The notes: generated by a model not told the origin, from the sequence alone. A stretch of 64,000 nucleotides of DNA from a virus (IMGVR_UViG_3300031998_000004); one strand, 5' to 3'; positions 29,492 through 40,604 are shown, counted from the stretch's first letter. Program-made: numbers and translations.

Positions 29492-30405
29492 TAATAATTA
29501 CGGAATATATTTACGTTATATTCAATAAGTCTCTGTGTATGAAGGTCAAACTCCTCCAACATAAAGTCATCAATAATTGTTTTTGGTTTTGCTTTCTCAA
29601 GTCCTAGTACTTCGCCTTCAATAGCAAGTTTAACGGGATATCCAGTATCCATACTCACTGGACTGTTTTTAGAGAAAAGCGTCTTCAGGTACTTCTTCTC
29701 TGCAGGACAATGACTACCAAGGAAATGAAGTAATGTATATTGAGGCTTCCCATCAGGGGCAAGTATATCCAATCCCCAATGTTTCATCCACATACACCTA
29801 CCCATCGCATACCGTACATCTTCTGTACAGATATTATAACCAGCAGTTGCAAACTCATATGCAATATCTCCATCACATTCATCTATCTCTTCTTTAAGGA
29901 ATGTATTATGAAATGGGATAGCAATGTTGGTGTATCCCATATTAAAGAGCGTAGTTAGGCAACTATTGAATTCCTCAACTGTGTTTCCTTGAACAACAGC
30001 AATCGGCTGAGGAAAAAGCTCTCCAACAACACGGTCAGCATCTTCAATTTCTGAAAAATATTTTTCTATATTCCTCTGGTGGTTGGTTTTGAACTTCAGG
30101 ACATCAAGCACTGTCTTATCCTTATCCATCAGGGTATCTGGAAGGATATAATAGTCTGGATTGAGTTCAATGATGGCTTTCTCATATGCATCCAGGTCAA
30201 GTTCCTGTCCTTTAACAAAGAACTCATACGCGGAGTTATCAAAAATCATTCTCCGTTCGGGATGCTTCTCTCGCATCTCGTCAAAGTACTTCTTATACTC
30301 CGGTTCGGTTGTATATAAGTGAAATAATACGAAATCGAAATCGTTGAGCTTCTCATTACAATCATTGAGAAGTGTAATAGGTAATTCTGAGTTTGTTCTA
30401 ATCAT
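29491..30405 (-). CDS. TGT/DpdA-fold transglycosylase-like protein
   Basis: Ordered motifs FDNSAYE, LPD, AVVQG, HFLG, SMDT typical of the TGT barrel; near queC. Confidence 0.6.
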   Translation of the reverse strand: MIRTNSELPITLLNDCNEKLNDFDFVLFHLYTTEPEYKKYFDEMREKHPERRMIFDNSAYEFFVKGQELDLDAYEKAIIELNPDYYILPDTLMDKDKTVLDVLKFKTNHQRNIEKYFSEIEDADRVVGELFPQPIAVVQGNTVEEFNSCLTTLFNMGYTNIAIPFHNTFLKEEIDECDGDIAYEFATAGYNICTEDVRYAMGRCMWMKHWGLDILAPDGKPQYTLLHFLGSHCPAEKKYLKTLFSKNSPVSMDTGYPVKLAIEGEVLGLEKAKPKTIIDDFMLEEFDLHTQRLIEYNVNIFRNY

Positions 30406-30434
30406 GAAATAATATATAAAAAAGAAGGAATCAA

Positions 30435-31910
30435 TTAAGATTCCTCCTCCATGTCATGTTCGCCAGCATCGTGGCTCTTCTTCTCAAGATCATAGTGAGC
30501 CTTCGTCTTGAGCTTCCAGGCCCGAGGGAGCGGATCGTTGTTGATTCGGATAACTACTCCTTCGCGTGGTGCCTTCATCCGACAGAGTGGTTCCTGGAGC
30601 TCCATACCAAGCAAGGTCTTGTCGGTCTTCATCTTTTCGAGAAGCTCAAGTGACCACCCCTCGTCGTCGTGATTGAGATCGGGATAGAGCTCGCCAAGTA
30701 CTCCATCATAAAGGATCGGTACTGTCATGAGTCTCTCTACTCCTTCGTACTTATGTTCGATAGCAAAGTGTGCTCGGAGATTATCTGTCCATGTAGCCAC
30801 CTCACCAAGGTTCCACTCGCGTCTGTTTCCTTTTCTGTCTACTTCAACAATCCTATAAGGCATAAACTTCCACTCACCAGGACGGCAACCGTAGTCGTGT
30901 CCTTTCTGAATCATCTTTGTAGTTCCACCGACGTATCCTACTATCTCACCATAGACAATCATCCCCGTGGTGATGTGGTCTGCTAGTAGGTCGCGGACCG
31001 GTGCCCAGATGTCGCTTCCATAGAAGTAATTTGCCTCACGAGGAACGTCATAGACCTTCTCATTACGAATCTTCGTCCGGGAAGCATACAAAAGTCTATA
31101 TTCCTTTGGATGGAAGATACTATAAAGGATCTTCTTGAATTTATTATCCGTCTGCTTATAACAAAGGACATTTGCGAAGATACCACTACTACCGTGTACC
31201 TTAACAGAAATAGTTACATCATCCGTCGGACGGAATCCCTTGTAGCAGTCTTCGAAGTGAGGTGTGTCGTAGTGATACTTGAACTGTCCGGGAACAAGCA
31301 CACGAGCGCGTCTAAGGTTCTTTGAACGCTGCTGGTAGTGCTTCTGGTCATTGGCTTTCTGTTCTACAGGCCGCTTACCACCAACCAAGTACTTCTCGCA
31401 GAACACTTCATCCCCAACCACATCGAAACTCTCTCCAACAACATCTTCAAACTCATACTCAGACCACTGATTGAGGATAGGGTATGCTGCTTGGAGACTC
31501 TTGATGTCAGCAAGATACCCCTGAGAGTAAACACCACGAATCTTAATCTGTTTTACTCGTCCGTTGGTCTCAAAGTATCCACCCATCCCACTCAGTTCCT
31601 CAAGAGACTTACCAGAGCATAGTGCCTCGGTGACCTCTTCAAAGTTGTCGTTGAGTTGATAGGATTCACTAGAAATTCTATATAAGTTATTCTTACTCAA
31701 GAACTTATGTGAGAGACTAGTCTCTACAGGAACATATACATAGATGTTATCTCGGGGAAGATCCTTTGATATAACCACATCTCGTCCGCATACGATTGCT
31801 CGTACGAGTCGATCTGCTCCCGGAATGGGGAACACAGCATCAATCTTGGTAAAGGTAGCTCTGTAGTTTACAAAACCGCCTTCTGATTGCTTGAATAAAT
31901 CTTTAAGCAT
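30435..31910 (-). CDS. RNA ligase, DRB0094/Rnl5-like
   Basis: N-terminal PIPGADRL..IRGVYSQG; ligase motifs KVHGSS, YGEIVG, REGVV, KLK. Confidence 0.8.
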   Translation of the reverse strand: MLKDLFKQSEGGFVNYRATFTKIDAVFPIPGADRLVRAIVCGRDVVISKDLPRDNIYVYVPVETSLSHKFLSKNNLYRISSESYQLNDNFEEVTEALCSGKSLEELSGMGGYFETNGRVKQIKIRGVYSQGYLADIKSLQAAYPILNQWSEYEFEDVVGESFDVVGDEVFCEKYLVGGKRPVEQKANDQKHYQQRSKNLRRARVLVPGQFKYHYDTPHFEDCYKGFRPTDDVTISVKVHGSSGIFANVLCYKQTDNKFKKILYSIFHPKEYRLLYASRTKIRNEKVYDVPREANYFYGSDIWAPVRDLLADHITTGMIVYGEIVGYVGGTTKMIQKGHDYGCRPGEWKFMPYRIVEVDRKGNRREWNLGEVATWTDNLRAHFAIEHKYEGVERLMTVPILYDGVLGELYPDLNHDDEGWSLELLEKMKTDKTLLGMELQEPLCRMKAPREGVVIRINNDPLPRAWKLKTKAHYDLEKKSHDAGEHDMEEES

Positions 31911-31914
31911 AACT

Positions 31915-32274
31915 TTATCCTCTTAAATAATTCTTCCACCAGTCAACTGCATCAGATACCGTTGCGTTAATTGCATACGTATAAGGATCTGGTCTGTTTG
32001 GATCGGCGGTTGCGTTAGTTGCATTATCTCCGCACATTATAGTGTTCCTCTCCCACGGAGTTTCGTCTCTATAAGGTTCTGTAGTCCATGGCTTATACGG
32101 TTCGGTCACCCACGGGTTCTGATAAGGAATATATACATATTCCTTTTCGTTTTCATAAATTGATATTATAAGCGTGAGAGCATCAGCAAAATCGATTTTC
32201 TTGTCCTCTACTAATTTCTGTACTATATCGAGAGCCTTCCTTTGGGTCTCGGTGAGTTGTTTTGAAGTATTCAT
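31915..32274 (-). CDS. hypothetical protein
   Basis: PW.TEPY repeats; downstream of promoter motif. Confidence 0.65.
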   Translation of the reverse strand: MNTSKQLTETQRKALDIVQKLVEDKKIDFADALTLIISIYENEKEYVYIPYQNPWVTEPYKPWTTEPYRDETPWERNTIMCGDNATNATADPNRPDPYTYAINATVSDAVDWWKNYLRG

Positions 32275-32277
32275 GAT

Positions 32278-32308
32278 TAAATATATAAAAAAAGACCTCT
32301 TTGTTTAG
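32278..32308 (-). promoter_or_regulatory. putative phage promoter overlapping a terminator hairpin
   Basis: CTAAA-N18-TATATTTA. Confidence 0.55.
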
Positions 32309-32321
32309 AGGCTTTTGTCGT

Positions 32322-33443
32322 TTATTTAAATGATTCATATAAATAATCTGATAAATCCATACATTCCTTAACTTTCCCATGTTTGTCGATGTAAACTTTA
32401 TGTTCTGCATCTTTTGGAGATCCGTCCGGCCAATAGAATTTACCACCGCGTGGACCTGTATGGGTCGTTACTTTCTTTTTCTTTCCGTCCTTATCGGTGA
32501 TCTCTTCTTGTTTTATGATATTACCATCCTTATCTTTTTCGACTTCTTTTTCAGACCCTTTATTTTTTGGAGCAAAATCAGATAGATCTCCTTTTTTTGC
32601 AAATTTTCGTTCATTCTTTCTAGCATTTTTGGCTGCTTCCTCATAAGTGGCTAAATCTGTTGAGGATATATGTTTTGAAATTTTTTCTATTTTCTTTAAT
32701 CCTTTATCAACTTTTTTCCTTCCTCTATCTGTATCCCATTCTTCAATTTTAGTCACCAATCTATCATAATTTTTCCTACCAACAGTGGATTTTAAAGCAT
32801 CTTCAAATTCATCAGGGCTTCTTTCTTCACCATTTTCATCATATATACAATGATTTAATAGAAGGTATTGTTTTTTTAATGAATTTCGAACTTTTTCATC
32901 ATCTGCTGTTTGAGAAGCCGAATACATAATCATCATTCGTTTTTTAAGATCATCCATAGATTTTTTATTTTCCGCTTCTTTATCAGCTTGTGCATTTTGA
33001 TATTTGACATATTGTGATGCTCCCCAAGTCGCAACAGCAATAGCTTTTCCAACATATGGGATATCCTTTACATGTTTACTTACCACCGATTTTAAAATAT
33101 CTCCCCCAGCATCTACACCAAATTGTTTCAGCTTACGTAATTGTTGTTCTCTTTTGGCGTCTTCTTTTTCGGATTCGGTAATTTGAGTATCCACAAAAAG
33201 AGATTCAGATAAAAATCCTTCAATATCCTCATCAGAAATATCTGCCATTTTTAAGAATTCATCATCTTTCTTATTTTTCTCCTCATCCTCTTTTGAGTCC
33301 TTTTCTTCATCATCAACCACTTCTTCAAGATCATCCGCATCGAGTTTGCCTTTTTTCCAGGTTTTAAAATAATCTATGACTTTCTTACGAAGATCATCGT
33401 CTTCTATATCATTAATATTTATATTTAATCCTTCTTTTATCAT
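32322..33443 (-). CDS. highly charged hypothetical protein, possibly virion
   Basis: Internal LSESLF; C-terminal TGPRGGKFY motif. Confidence 0.65.
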   Translation of the reverse strand: MIKEGLNININDIEDDDLRKKVIDYFKTWKKGKLDADDLEEVVDDEEKDSKEDEEKNKKDDEFLKMADISDEDIEGFLSESLFVDTQITESEKEDAKREQQLRKLKQFGVDAGGDILKSVVSKHVKDIPYVGKAIAVATWGASQYVKYQNAQADKEAENKKSMDDLKKRMMIMYSASQTADDEKVRNSLKKQYLLLNHCIYDENGEERSPDEFEDALKSTVGRKNYDRLVTKIEEWDTDRGRKKVDKGLKKIEKISKHISSTDLATYEEAAKNARKNERKFAKKGDLSDFAPKNKGSEKEVEKDKDGNIIKQEEITDKDGKKKKVTTHTGPRGGKFYWPDGSPKDAEHKVYIDKHGKVKECMDLSDYLYESFK

Positions 33444-33453
33444 GATCTCAAAC

Positions 33454-33813
33454 TTAATTTAAAATGGCTTCTATTTTATCCTTATCAGAACTATTATCCA
33501 CATATGGTAAAATGACTTTTTTAATCACATTATCAATACCATCATCCACATCACATTGATCCTTAGCATCTTTTCCTATTTTATTTATATTACCTTTCAA
33601 TATCTTAAGTAATATATCGAATTCTTTTTTATGATTAGGATATTTTTGTACAAACTCATCCACCCATTCATCTAATTTCGAATTTGCTAAATCCAAACCG
33701 ACCGTTATTAAAACACGCTTCAATAATGGTAATAATTTTGTTCCGATTTGTTTTAATAAAGCTGGAGAGATAAACGCTTCATCAACCACCAAATATGTAT
33801 ATAAATCTTTCAT
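33454..33813 (-). CDS. hypothetical protein with CTS-like leader
   Basis: Start re-assigned to MKDLYTYLVVDE. Confidence 0.6.
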   Translation of the reverse strand: MKDLYTYLVVDEAFISPALLKQIGTKLLPLLKRVLITVGLDLANSKLDEWVDEFVQKYPNHKKEFDILLKILKGNINKIGKDAKDQCDVDDGIDNVIKKVILPYVDNSSDKDKIEAILN

Positions 33814-33899
33814 ACTATTATAATAATACTTGAAATTGGTGTTGTTTTGGTTTAAATATTTAAACACAATTTTTATTTTACCCATTATTATTTTCATAT

Positions 33900-36800
33900 A
33901 TGGCATTAAATAACGTAAATAAACCAAAACAAAACACTCCAGATTTTGCGAGTGTAACTAATCTTGTTAATAGCTTTGTAAATTCTATACAAAGCCTTGA
34001 TAAGATAAACAAGAAAAATATTAGAAAAAATGTATCCGTACTCAAATCTGTGGTACCGGATATAATTAAATTTGTGAATATTGGTGAACAGTTATCTAAT
34101 TTAAACGTCCATATTGATCAAACTTCTTTAAATAACAATAAAATAGTTTTAGAACATATGACTAAGACTATATCTGTTATGAAAGAAATGAGTGAGTTGA
34201 AGGTACCATCAATGATGATATTTTATTACAAATTAAGTAAGTTTAGAAATCAGCTTGGTAGTATCTTAAATATATTCTTTGGCAAGCACGGAATAATTGA
34301 TTATTTTAACGCACTAGATTTCACAAATGCATCTGATAAAAAAGAAGTTGTTGATGAAAAAACACATAAGATTTTTTCATTCAAAAGAAAAAAAACTATT
34401 GATTTAAAAAATACAAAGACATCTATAAGTCTATTTGAAGAATTAGTAGACTCTACTATCGGTATAGTCAAAAAAACATCTGAACTTGGTATGATGGTCT
34501 TTAAGGCTAGTATTGTACAAAGAGCTACTTTACCGCTATTGAAGAAAATCATACGAAATTATATAGATTTATTAGATAATAGACATCTTAAAAAACTCAC
34601 ACAAGACAGTGAGAAAAATTCTATAATATTTATCGAACAAAATATTAGAGCAATCTTCAATATTATAAAAACCGTTTCGAGTCTTGACGAAGAAGATGAA
34701 AAGAATGCTAAACAAGCCGAAAAGGTAATCCATAGTGTATTGCTCAATATGATGAAGATAATAAAAGCAATATCTAGATTCTCTGAAAGAATGAAAGCTA
34801 TAAATATCGAAGACATGAGCAATTCGGTTAAAGCTATTAAAGGAATTGTTGATAGTATGCTCTTCGTTATTGGTGAAATTCTTCTTCTCGCAATAAGTTC
34901 GGTACCTTTAGCCTATGCATTTATGCCTGCTCTCATTTCAATAATTATGATAGGAGGGTTTATTAGAACCGTCATGTGGACTGTAAAAAGGATTGGTAGA
35001 AGAAGAGATTATTCGCAAACACTTATAGCTGTTCGTAATATAGAAAAGATAGTAAGATTGATGGTTTTGATGGTGGGCGAAATATTAGTTGCATTTGCAA
35101 TTATTGCAATGGCTGCACCGTATATAATAATGTATTGGAAATCCACAGCTAAAATATTTGCCGTTATAGCATTAGCTATTCTTGCAATTGCTAGACTTGC
35201 TAGATTAGTCGAGTGGATAATTCGCTGGGGTGGAAATAGATTAGAAATGGGTCTTTTCTTGATCATGATACTTATAGGAGATATCCTAATAACATGCGGT
35301 GCATTGTTATTGCTTGGCTATATGGGGAAATTATTCTTCAAGAATAATATATGGCTGGCTGCAATGGGTATGTTTATCATAGTATCTGGTGTGATAACAG
35401 CTATATCCATTCTTGGGTATATGATAATGTTAATGATTCCTGGAATAGAAGCTTTCGCTTTAGGTATAAGTCTTATAGCGTTATCTATTTTGGCAATGCT
35501 TATAATAGGTAAGGAATTATTACTTCTTACCGAATTCGAATTCGATCAAGATGATCGAGAAGCTGTTCGAGAAACAACTAAAACTATTATAGGAGCTTCT
35601 ATGGATGTGATAGATGCTGTGTTTAATGGGTTTGATGAAGAAGGAAATATTATTAAAGAACCAACGGATGATCATGGACGTAAAATAGGATTATTTAGAA
35701 AAGTATTTAGATCAATCTTTAAAGGTTCTGCTCTTATTGTCGAGGCACTCGCAACATCAGTGGTTTTGGTCCTCACAGTAGTATCTGTCACCATGACGCT
35801 TATCTTAGGTGCAGAATTACAATTCGTTGCTCAATATAAAATTGATAGAAAAACCGTTGAAGAAAATGTTTCAAAAATAATGAATACCGCCGAATATTGT
35901 ATTTATTCGGTTTTTGAAGATATGTCTACAACAAGGACAAGAAACACCGATGGTTCATATACAGTAACTCGACATATTCCAAAACGCACTATTATGGCAT
36001 CTCTTCATCATTTCTTTTCTGGTCTCGCTAATATTCTTGAGTTGGTCGTTTCTGTTGGTAAGTTAGCTGTTATCATGATATCAATAGGGTTAATCAGATT
36101 AACAGGAGAAACTCTTAAATGGGTAACTAAATTTGATACAACAGAAGTAAGTAGTGCTGGTGAAAAAGCAGCATCTATCATGAAAGCCGCAAATGCTTGT
36201 GTTGAAGTGATATTTAACCCCAATGAAGATGAAGGAAACGGGAAGAAAAAGAAAACGAGAGTGAATAGAGGTAATCCGAAACGCAAATTATGGAGATTAG
36301 TAAAAGAAGTATTTAAGAATATCAGCAATGATATGTTCGTGGAGATGGGTAAAACTGGTGTTGTCTTAGCTGCTATTAGTTTGATAGTATTAGTAGCAAA
36401 AGAATTAGATTATTTAGCTAAATACACACTTCCCGAAGATAATACTATTGTTGCTAACGCTCAAAATATTATATCTACTGCAAAAGCATGTGCTGATATT
36501 GCTTTTGGTGAAGATATAATAAAAGATAGTAACGATGAACTGAATACAAAACTCGAGAAATTTGGTCAGTTTGCAAATTCAGTAGAATCTACAAACAAGG
36601 CAATAGTTAGGATATATAATTCGATTAATAATATCGATGCTGTTAAACTAGGAAAAGCCGCAAGAATATTGACAGAAGTTCGTGATGGTAAACGAAATTC
36701 CTTTATTCGCGATGCTGTTGAGTATATGAAAGATATATCACAAAACAGTTTCGATATTAAAAGATATAATGAAAACGTCCATGCGCTTGACACACTCGTA

Positions 36801-37280
36801 ACTGTATTAGATAAGTTTGTTAAGGTTGGGGAAAGAAAAGGATTCATTAAATATAAGGAAGGATTAAAAGACACAGAAAAATTCCTTAAAGTAATAAATG
36901 ACTCTAATCTAAATAAACTAGAAACTGCATATAAATTATTCAAAGAGATAGCAGATATCAGTAAGAGTATTAATGGTAACTTCCAGGGATTGGCTGATAC
37001 TATTAACTATAAGTTGGTACGGGCGTTGAATAATATAAAATCAACACTCGATCAGTTACAATCTGGTGAGATTACTGTTAAGTCGGAGATAGTGCATTCA
37101 ACTGATCTTGGTGAAGGCAATAAGAAGGCAAAATATTATAATGCAGAAAAACGAGAATGGACAGAATATGATCCTAGGTGGTCTTTATCCGAAGATCTTC
37201 AATATATCAGATTATTATTACAGGGTTCTATTACCGCAGAAGATTCAAAACGTGGTGCTGCGGTTCACGATGCAAAATAA
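33900..37280 (+). CDS. large helical multi-pass membrane protein, tape-measure/ejection-like
   Basis: 1126 aa; many hydrophobic segments centrally, helical flanks. Confidence 0.5.
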   Translation: MALNNVNKPKQNTPDFASVTNLVNSFVNSIQSLDKINKKNIRKNVSVLKSVVPDIIKFVNIGEQLSNLNVHIDQTSLNNNKIVLEHMTKTISVMKEMSELKVPSMMIFYYKLSKFRNQLGSILNIFFGKHGIIDYFNALDFTNASDKKEVVDEKTHKIFSFKRKKTIDLKNTKTSISLFEELVDSTIGIVKKTSELGMMVFKASIVQRATLPLLKKIIRNYIDLLDNRHLKKLTQDSEKNSIIFIEQNIRAIFNIIKTVSSLDEEDEKNAKQAEKVIHSVLLNMMKIIKAISRFSERMKAINIEDMSNSVKAIKGIVDSMLFVIGEILLLAISSVPLAYAFMPALISIIMIGGFIRTVMWTVKRIGRRRDYSQTLIAVRNIEKIVRLMVLMVGEILVAFAIIAMAAPYIIMYWKSTAKIFAVIALAILAIARLARLVEWIIRWGGNRLEMGLFLIMILIGDILITCGALLLLGYMGKLFFKNNIWLAAMGMFIIVSGVITAISILGYMIMLMIPGIEAFALGISLIALSILAMLIIGKELLLLTEFEFDQDDREAVRETTKTIIGASMDVIDAVFNGFDEEGNIIKEPTDDHGRKIGLFRKVFRSIFKGSALIVEALATSVVLVLTVVSVTMTLILGAELQFVAQYKIDRKTVEENVSKIMNTAEYCIYSVFEDMSTTRTRNTDGSYTVTRHIPKRTIMASLHHFFSGLANILELVVSVGKLAVIMISIGLIRLTGETLKWVTKFDTTEVSSAGEKAASIMKAANACVEVIFNPNEDEGNGKKKKTRVNRGNPKRKLWRLVKEVFKNISNDMFVEMGKTGVVLAAISLIVLVAKELDYLAKYTLPEDNTIVANAQNIISTAKACADIAFGEDIIKDSNDELNTKLEKFGQFANSVESTNKAIVRIYNSINNIDAVKLGKAARILTEVRDGKRNSFIRDAVEYMKDISQNSFDIKRYNENVHALDTLVTVLDKFVKVGERKGFIKYKEGLKDTEKFLKVINDSNLNKLETAYKLFKEIADISKSINGNFQGLADTINYKLVRALNNIKSTLDQLQSGEITVKSEIVHSTDLGEGNKKAKYYNAEKREWTEYDPRWSLSEDLQYIRLLLQGSITAEDSKRGAAVHDAK

Positions 37281-37346
37281 TTTATGAATATCTTGATAAA
37301 CCAAACAATTTCATCTATTCTTTAAGCAATAAACAAAAGAGAATAG

Positions 37347-37949
37347 ATGAAATTTTTTATAGTAGGGCTTCATGCGAGTGGTAAACAAGAGATACTTGAT
37401 ATTCTCGAGAAACAAGGAGCAAACGTAGGGAGACTCTTTTCAAATATTGAAGGAGCGAGTCCAGAAATTTATAATTCATATAATTACGAACTAATGTCCA
37501 CGACGGATATTAATGAAATGTTTGAAAATAAAGCATATATGTTCTTGCAAGAATTGGAGTCGTCTGCAACTACCAAGTCATACAAGTACTACGAGGGTCT
37601 TTCCATGTGGACTTATGACAATAACCAGGTCTTTGCACTCAGCCCCGATCAGTTCATATCTATTCCACAAAAAGCATATAGAAATGATGAAGTGGTCATT
37701 ATCTGGGTAGATAGTGATAAGCATAATCGGACCAACAGATACCATCTCGAAAAACGATCCTACAGCTTTAAGGAACGTGAAGAGATAGAGACACGAGACA
37801 TCGCGGTCTTTGGACGATCGGTCTACTCCTTACCTAACTCACATATCATCTACTTCGCAAACGAAGAACCGGGACGCGTCGCCTGCTCGGTACTGACTCT
37901 ATTACAACACCCCGAATACTTACCATTATACGAAAAATACTTTGATTAA
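37347..37949 (+). CDS. guanylate-kinase-like P-loop protein
   Basis: IVGLHASGK; YYEGL. Confidence 0.5.
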   Translation: MKFFIVGLHASGKQEILDILEKQGANVGRLFSNIEGASPEIYNSYNYELMSTTDINEMFENKAYMFLQELESSATTKSYKYYEGLSMWTYDNNQVFALSPDQFISIPQKAYRNDEVVIIWVDSDKHNRTNRYHLEKRSYSFKEREEIETRDIAVFGRSVYSLPNSHIIYFANEEPGRVACSVLTLLQHPEYLPLYEKYFD

Positions 37950-37955
37950 ACACAT

Positions 37956-38774
37956 ATGATGAACGGAATGAATTTTGGAATGGATGGCCCTACCGTAACT
38001 GGGTGGTGGTATAATCCTTCAACAGGAGATAGATTCAACGCAGTTGATACTTACTTCGAAGACAATAACCTTTTGATCAAGACATCTGAAGGTAGATTAT
38101 TGAATTACAATCAGATACAGAATTATGTTCATGTCGAGAAACCCGATATGATCCCAGATAAACCCATTTCTAAACTCCCCACAACAACCGAAGACGATAT
38201 CCCCGCAGAAGTACTCGCAGAGATTGATAACGGTGAAGATAACGGTGGGATTTTAATTCCTGATGATAATATCTATGGAGTAGGTGGTCCGAAGCTGGGA
38301 CCAGCTGATGCTCTTGGAAATATCTATCGTGGAACTGAACCCGCGGCCAAACCAGCTATTCAGGATTTCGCAATCATCGATCGTGCACTTGCTGGTAAGG
38401 ACATCCCCAGTCTCAATGCAGACATTACCTGGGATCAGTTCCCAAAACGTGAAGTGGAAATGCTTGTAGACGTAATGAATATTTCTGAGGATGAAATAGT
38501 ACAGTATTATATTAATAAAGTGACTATAGATACTGTAAAGGACATGGTTGCTGAAGGGATACGATCGTATATATATCATTCTCTTCATGACGATGGATCT
38601 AATGGACAGTTCGTGGGTTCTCACGTAAAGGTAACCTCAGGTCCTGAACTCGATAGAATGCTTGAAGAAGAAAGGAAGAAACGTGAAGCGGAGGAACAAT
38701 ACAAGCAGGGACTCGTAGTAGACCCCAACAATGTTCCTAAGGAAAAGAAAACAAAGAAAAAAGTAAATGGCTAA
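37956..38774 (+). CDS. hypothetical protein
   Basis: 272-aa ORF in + strand block. Confidence 0.7.
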   Translation: MMNGMNFGMDGPTVTGWWYNPSTGDRFNAVDTYFEDNNLLIKTSEGRLLNYNQIQNYVHVEKPDMIPDKPISKLPTTTEDDIPAEVLAEIDNGEDNGGILIPDDNIYGVGGPKLGPADALGNIYRGTEPAAKPAIQDFAIIDRALAGKDIPSLNADITWDQFPKREVEMLVDVMNISEDEIVQYYINKVTIDTVKDMVAEGIRSYIYHSLHDDGSNGQFVGSHVKVTSGPELDRMLEEERKKREAEEQYKQGLVVDPNNVPKEKKTKKKVNG

Positions 38775-39318
38775 ACCAGGAGACCCAGATTTTGATCCTT
38801 CAGACTTAATTGATAACGAAGAAGACGTTGTTAATATCGATACAGACCGTATTGACTCGGAGTCACTTAAAGAAGCCTCGGACCTAGTAGAGAACCTCAA
38901 GGATATCTATTCCGATCCTGAGTTCATGAAAGCTAATCCAAAATTTGCAACGCGTCTCAAAGCTGAAGTCGAAAACTTGAGGATATTGATAAAGATTCGT
39001 AAGAGTGACGAAGTCGCACACGATGTCCTCTTGGGTGCTATTGGTCGTAATAGTGCCAATGCCTCTTTGTACAGATCACTTTCTGATATCCAAAGAACCA
39101 TTCTCTCAACCACATCTGAACTCACAGATAAGGTCAAAGACATTAATACTATGTTAAAGAATATCCAACTTGAACTTAACTTCCAACCGGGGCCTAATCC
39201 AGAGTCTGGAAAGAGTGGTGGAGAATCACAAGACACCCAACCAGAACAATCAACGTTTCGTGGGTCGAAGGATTTCATCAAACAGATGAGACAAGAGCTT
39301 GAAGAAGAAAATGAATAA
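38767..39318 (+). CDS. coiled-coil protein, candidate terminase small subunit
   Basis: Size and C-terminal FRGSKDFIK recall T4-like gp16 (F.GS...L); weak. Confidence 0.4.
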   Translation: MAKPGDPDFDPSDLIDNEEDVVNIDTDRIDSESLKEASDLVENLKDIYSDPEFMKANPKFATRLKAEVENLRILIKIRKSDEVAHDVLLGAIGRNSANASLYRSLSDIQRTILSTTSELTDKVKDINTMLKNIQLELNFQPGPNPESGKSGGESQDTQPEQSTFRGSKDFIKQMRQELEEENE

Positions 39319-39326
39319 AGGAACCT

Positions 39327-39608
39327 TTACTGGTTCCTTTCTTTGTCATTCATCATCTTGAATGCTTTTTTTGACCATGGTATAACCGCATACACTATAG
39401 CCCAGCAACAGAATGCTATTATAGCACCGTCAAAGATAAGAGCCCAGAGCGGTACCATACCGGCGAGAATCATTAAGATAAACCAAGCCAGACAACAGCC
39501 TATTCCAAAAGCTCCGAGCAGGAGAACACAACCCAGGAATGTACTACCGGTTTTCGGATTAGTATTGATTTTATCAACAATCTGTTTAATTTTATTCCAA
39601 ATTTCCAT
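39327..39608 (-). CDS. small membrane protein
   Basis: Two hydrophobic helices. Confidence 0.65.
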   Translation of the reverse strand: MEIWNKIKQIVDKINTNPKTGSTFLGCVLLLGAFGIGCCLAWFILMILAGMVPLWALIFDGAIIAFCCWAIVYAVIPWSKKAFKMMNDKERNQ

Positions 39609-39776
39609 ATTACTTTCTATCTTGATCGCTGCAATAACTATCTTTGTCTTTTACATAATGTCCGGCTTTGCAATAATCATATCCTCCGCGGTAATTTTTG
39701 CAGTGGCTACAAACCTCCGGTGTTCTGAGGGATTTTGCGAGATAATACAATCCCTGTAAAATAAGTGGATTAAACA

Positions 39777-40406
39777 TTACTCAATAGATTTATAATATAG
39801 AAGTGTAGGATTGTTCTTATGAACGTCAATACCGGGGTACTTCTTTAAGAACTCACCAACATCAAACGCATTGGTAATCAAATGATAACCGTGTTTGGTT
39901 GGAACTGCTTTCTGAGCGATCCTACCGCGATCATCTCGTCTACCACGCAAAGTATTAACAAACTCCGCAACCTTCAAGACATCTTCGTATTCAAAATCAT
40001 CCAAATCTACAACAAACTGTTTATCGCCAGAGACGTATGACTGTCCTGCAGCAGTGGAGTAAACCCCACGGAGTCCAATCCAGTTCTGAGAGACAAAGGT
40101 AAGCGAGGTGTCAATCAATGCCTTGTTGGCAACCTCTTTCAGAGAACGTCTTGTTGGATGAATGTATGCGCGTCCGTTCACCACACCACAGATACCAACG
40201 ATCTCATCTTTCAACTGTAAGAACTGTTCCTTTGACCGGATGACATAGTACTTAACAAGTCTGTTTTTGTTGTTTCCACTTACGTGGTTTCCATCTTTAC
40301 CCCTCACGAGAATCTGCAAGAAATAGAACTCATCCTCAGTCAAAGGACGACGTTCATCGAAGAGGTACTCACCTAGGAGTTCAAAGTTGTCTACTAATCC
40401 ATTCAT
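39777..40406 (-). CDS. hypothetical protein with AEP-like motifs
   Basis: VVDLDD...TKHGYHLI. Confidence 0.5.
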   Translation of the reverse strand: MNGLVDNFELLGEYLFDERRPLTEDEFYFLQILVRGKDGNHVSGNNKNRLVKYYVIRSKEQFLQLKDEIVGICGVVNGRAYIHPTRRSLKEVANKALIDTSLTFVSQNWIGLRGVYSTAAGQSYVSGDKQFVVDLDDFEYEDVLKVAEFVNTLRGRRDDRGRIAQKAVPTKHGYHLITNAFDVGEFLKKYPGIDVHKNNPTLLYYKSIE

Positions 40407-40604
40407 AATGACGTCAAATTTTTGTTTTAATAGCGATTCTCACAAATCCTGATAAATTATATATCCGAAAAATTTCTCGCTTTATTTGAAGTTTTTTCTA
40501 AACCATGCATCAAATGTCTTTCTGGTGGAGCGTTCGTCGATCGGGTACTGTGAAATGGGTTTTTTATTGTGTTTCTTGCTCATAGTTGTATCTGTTTGAA
40601 TATA

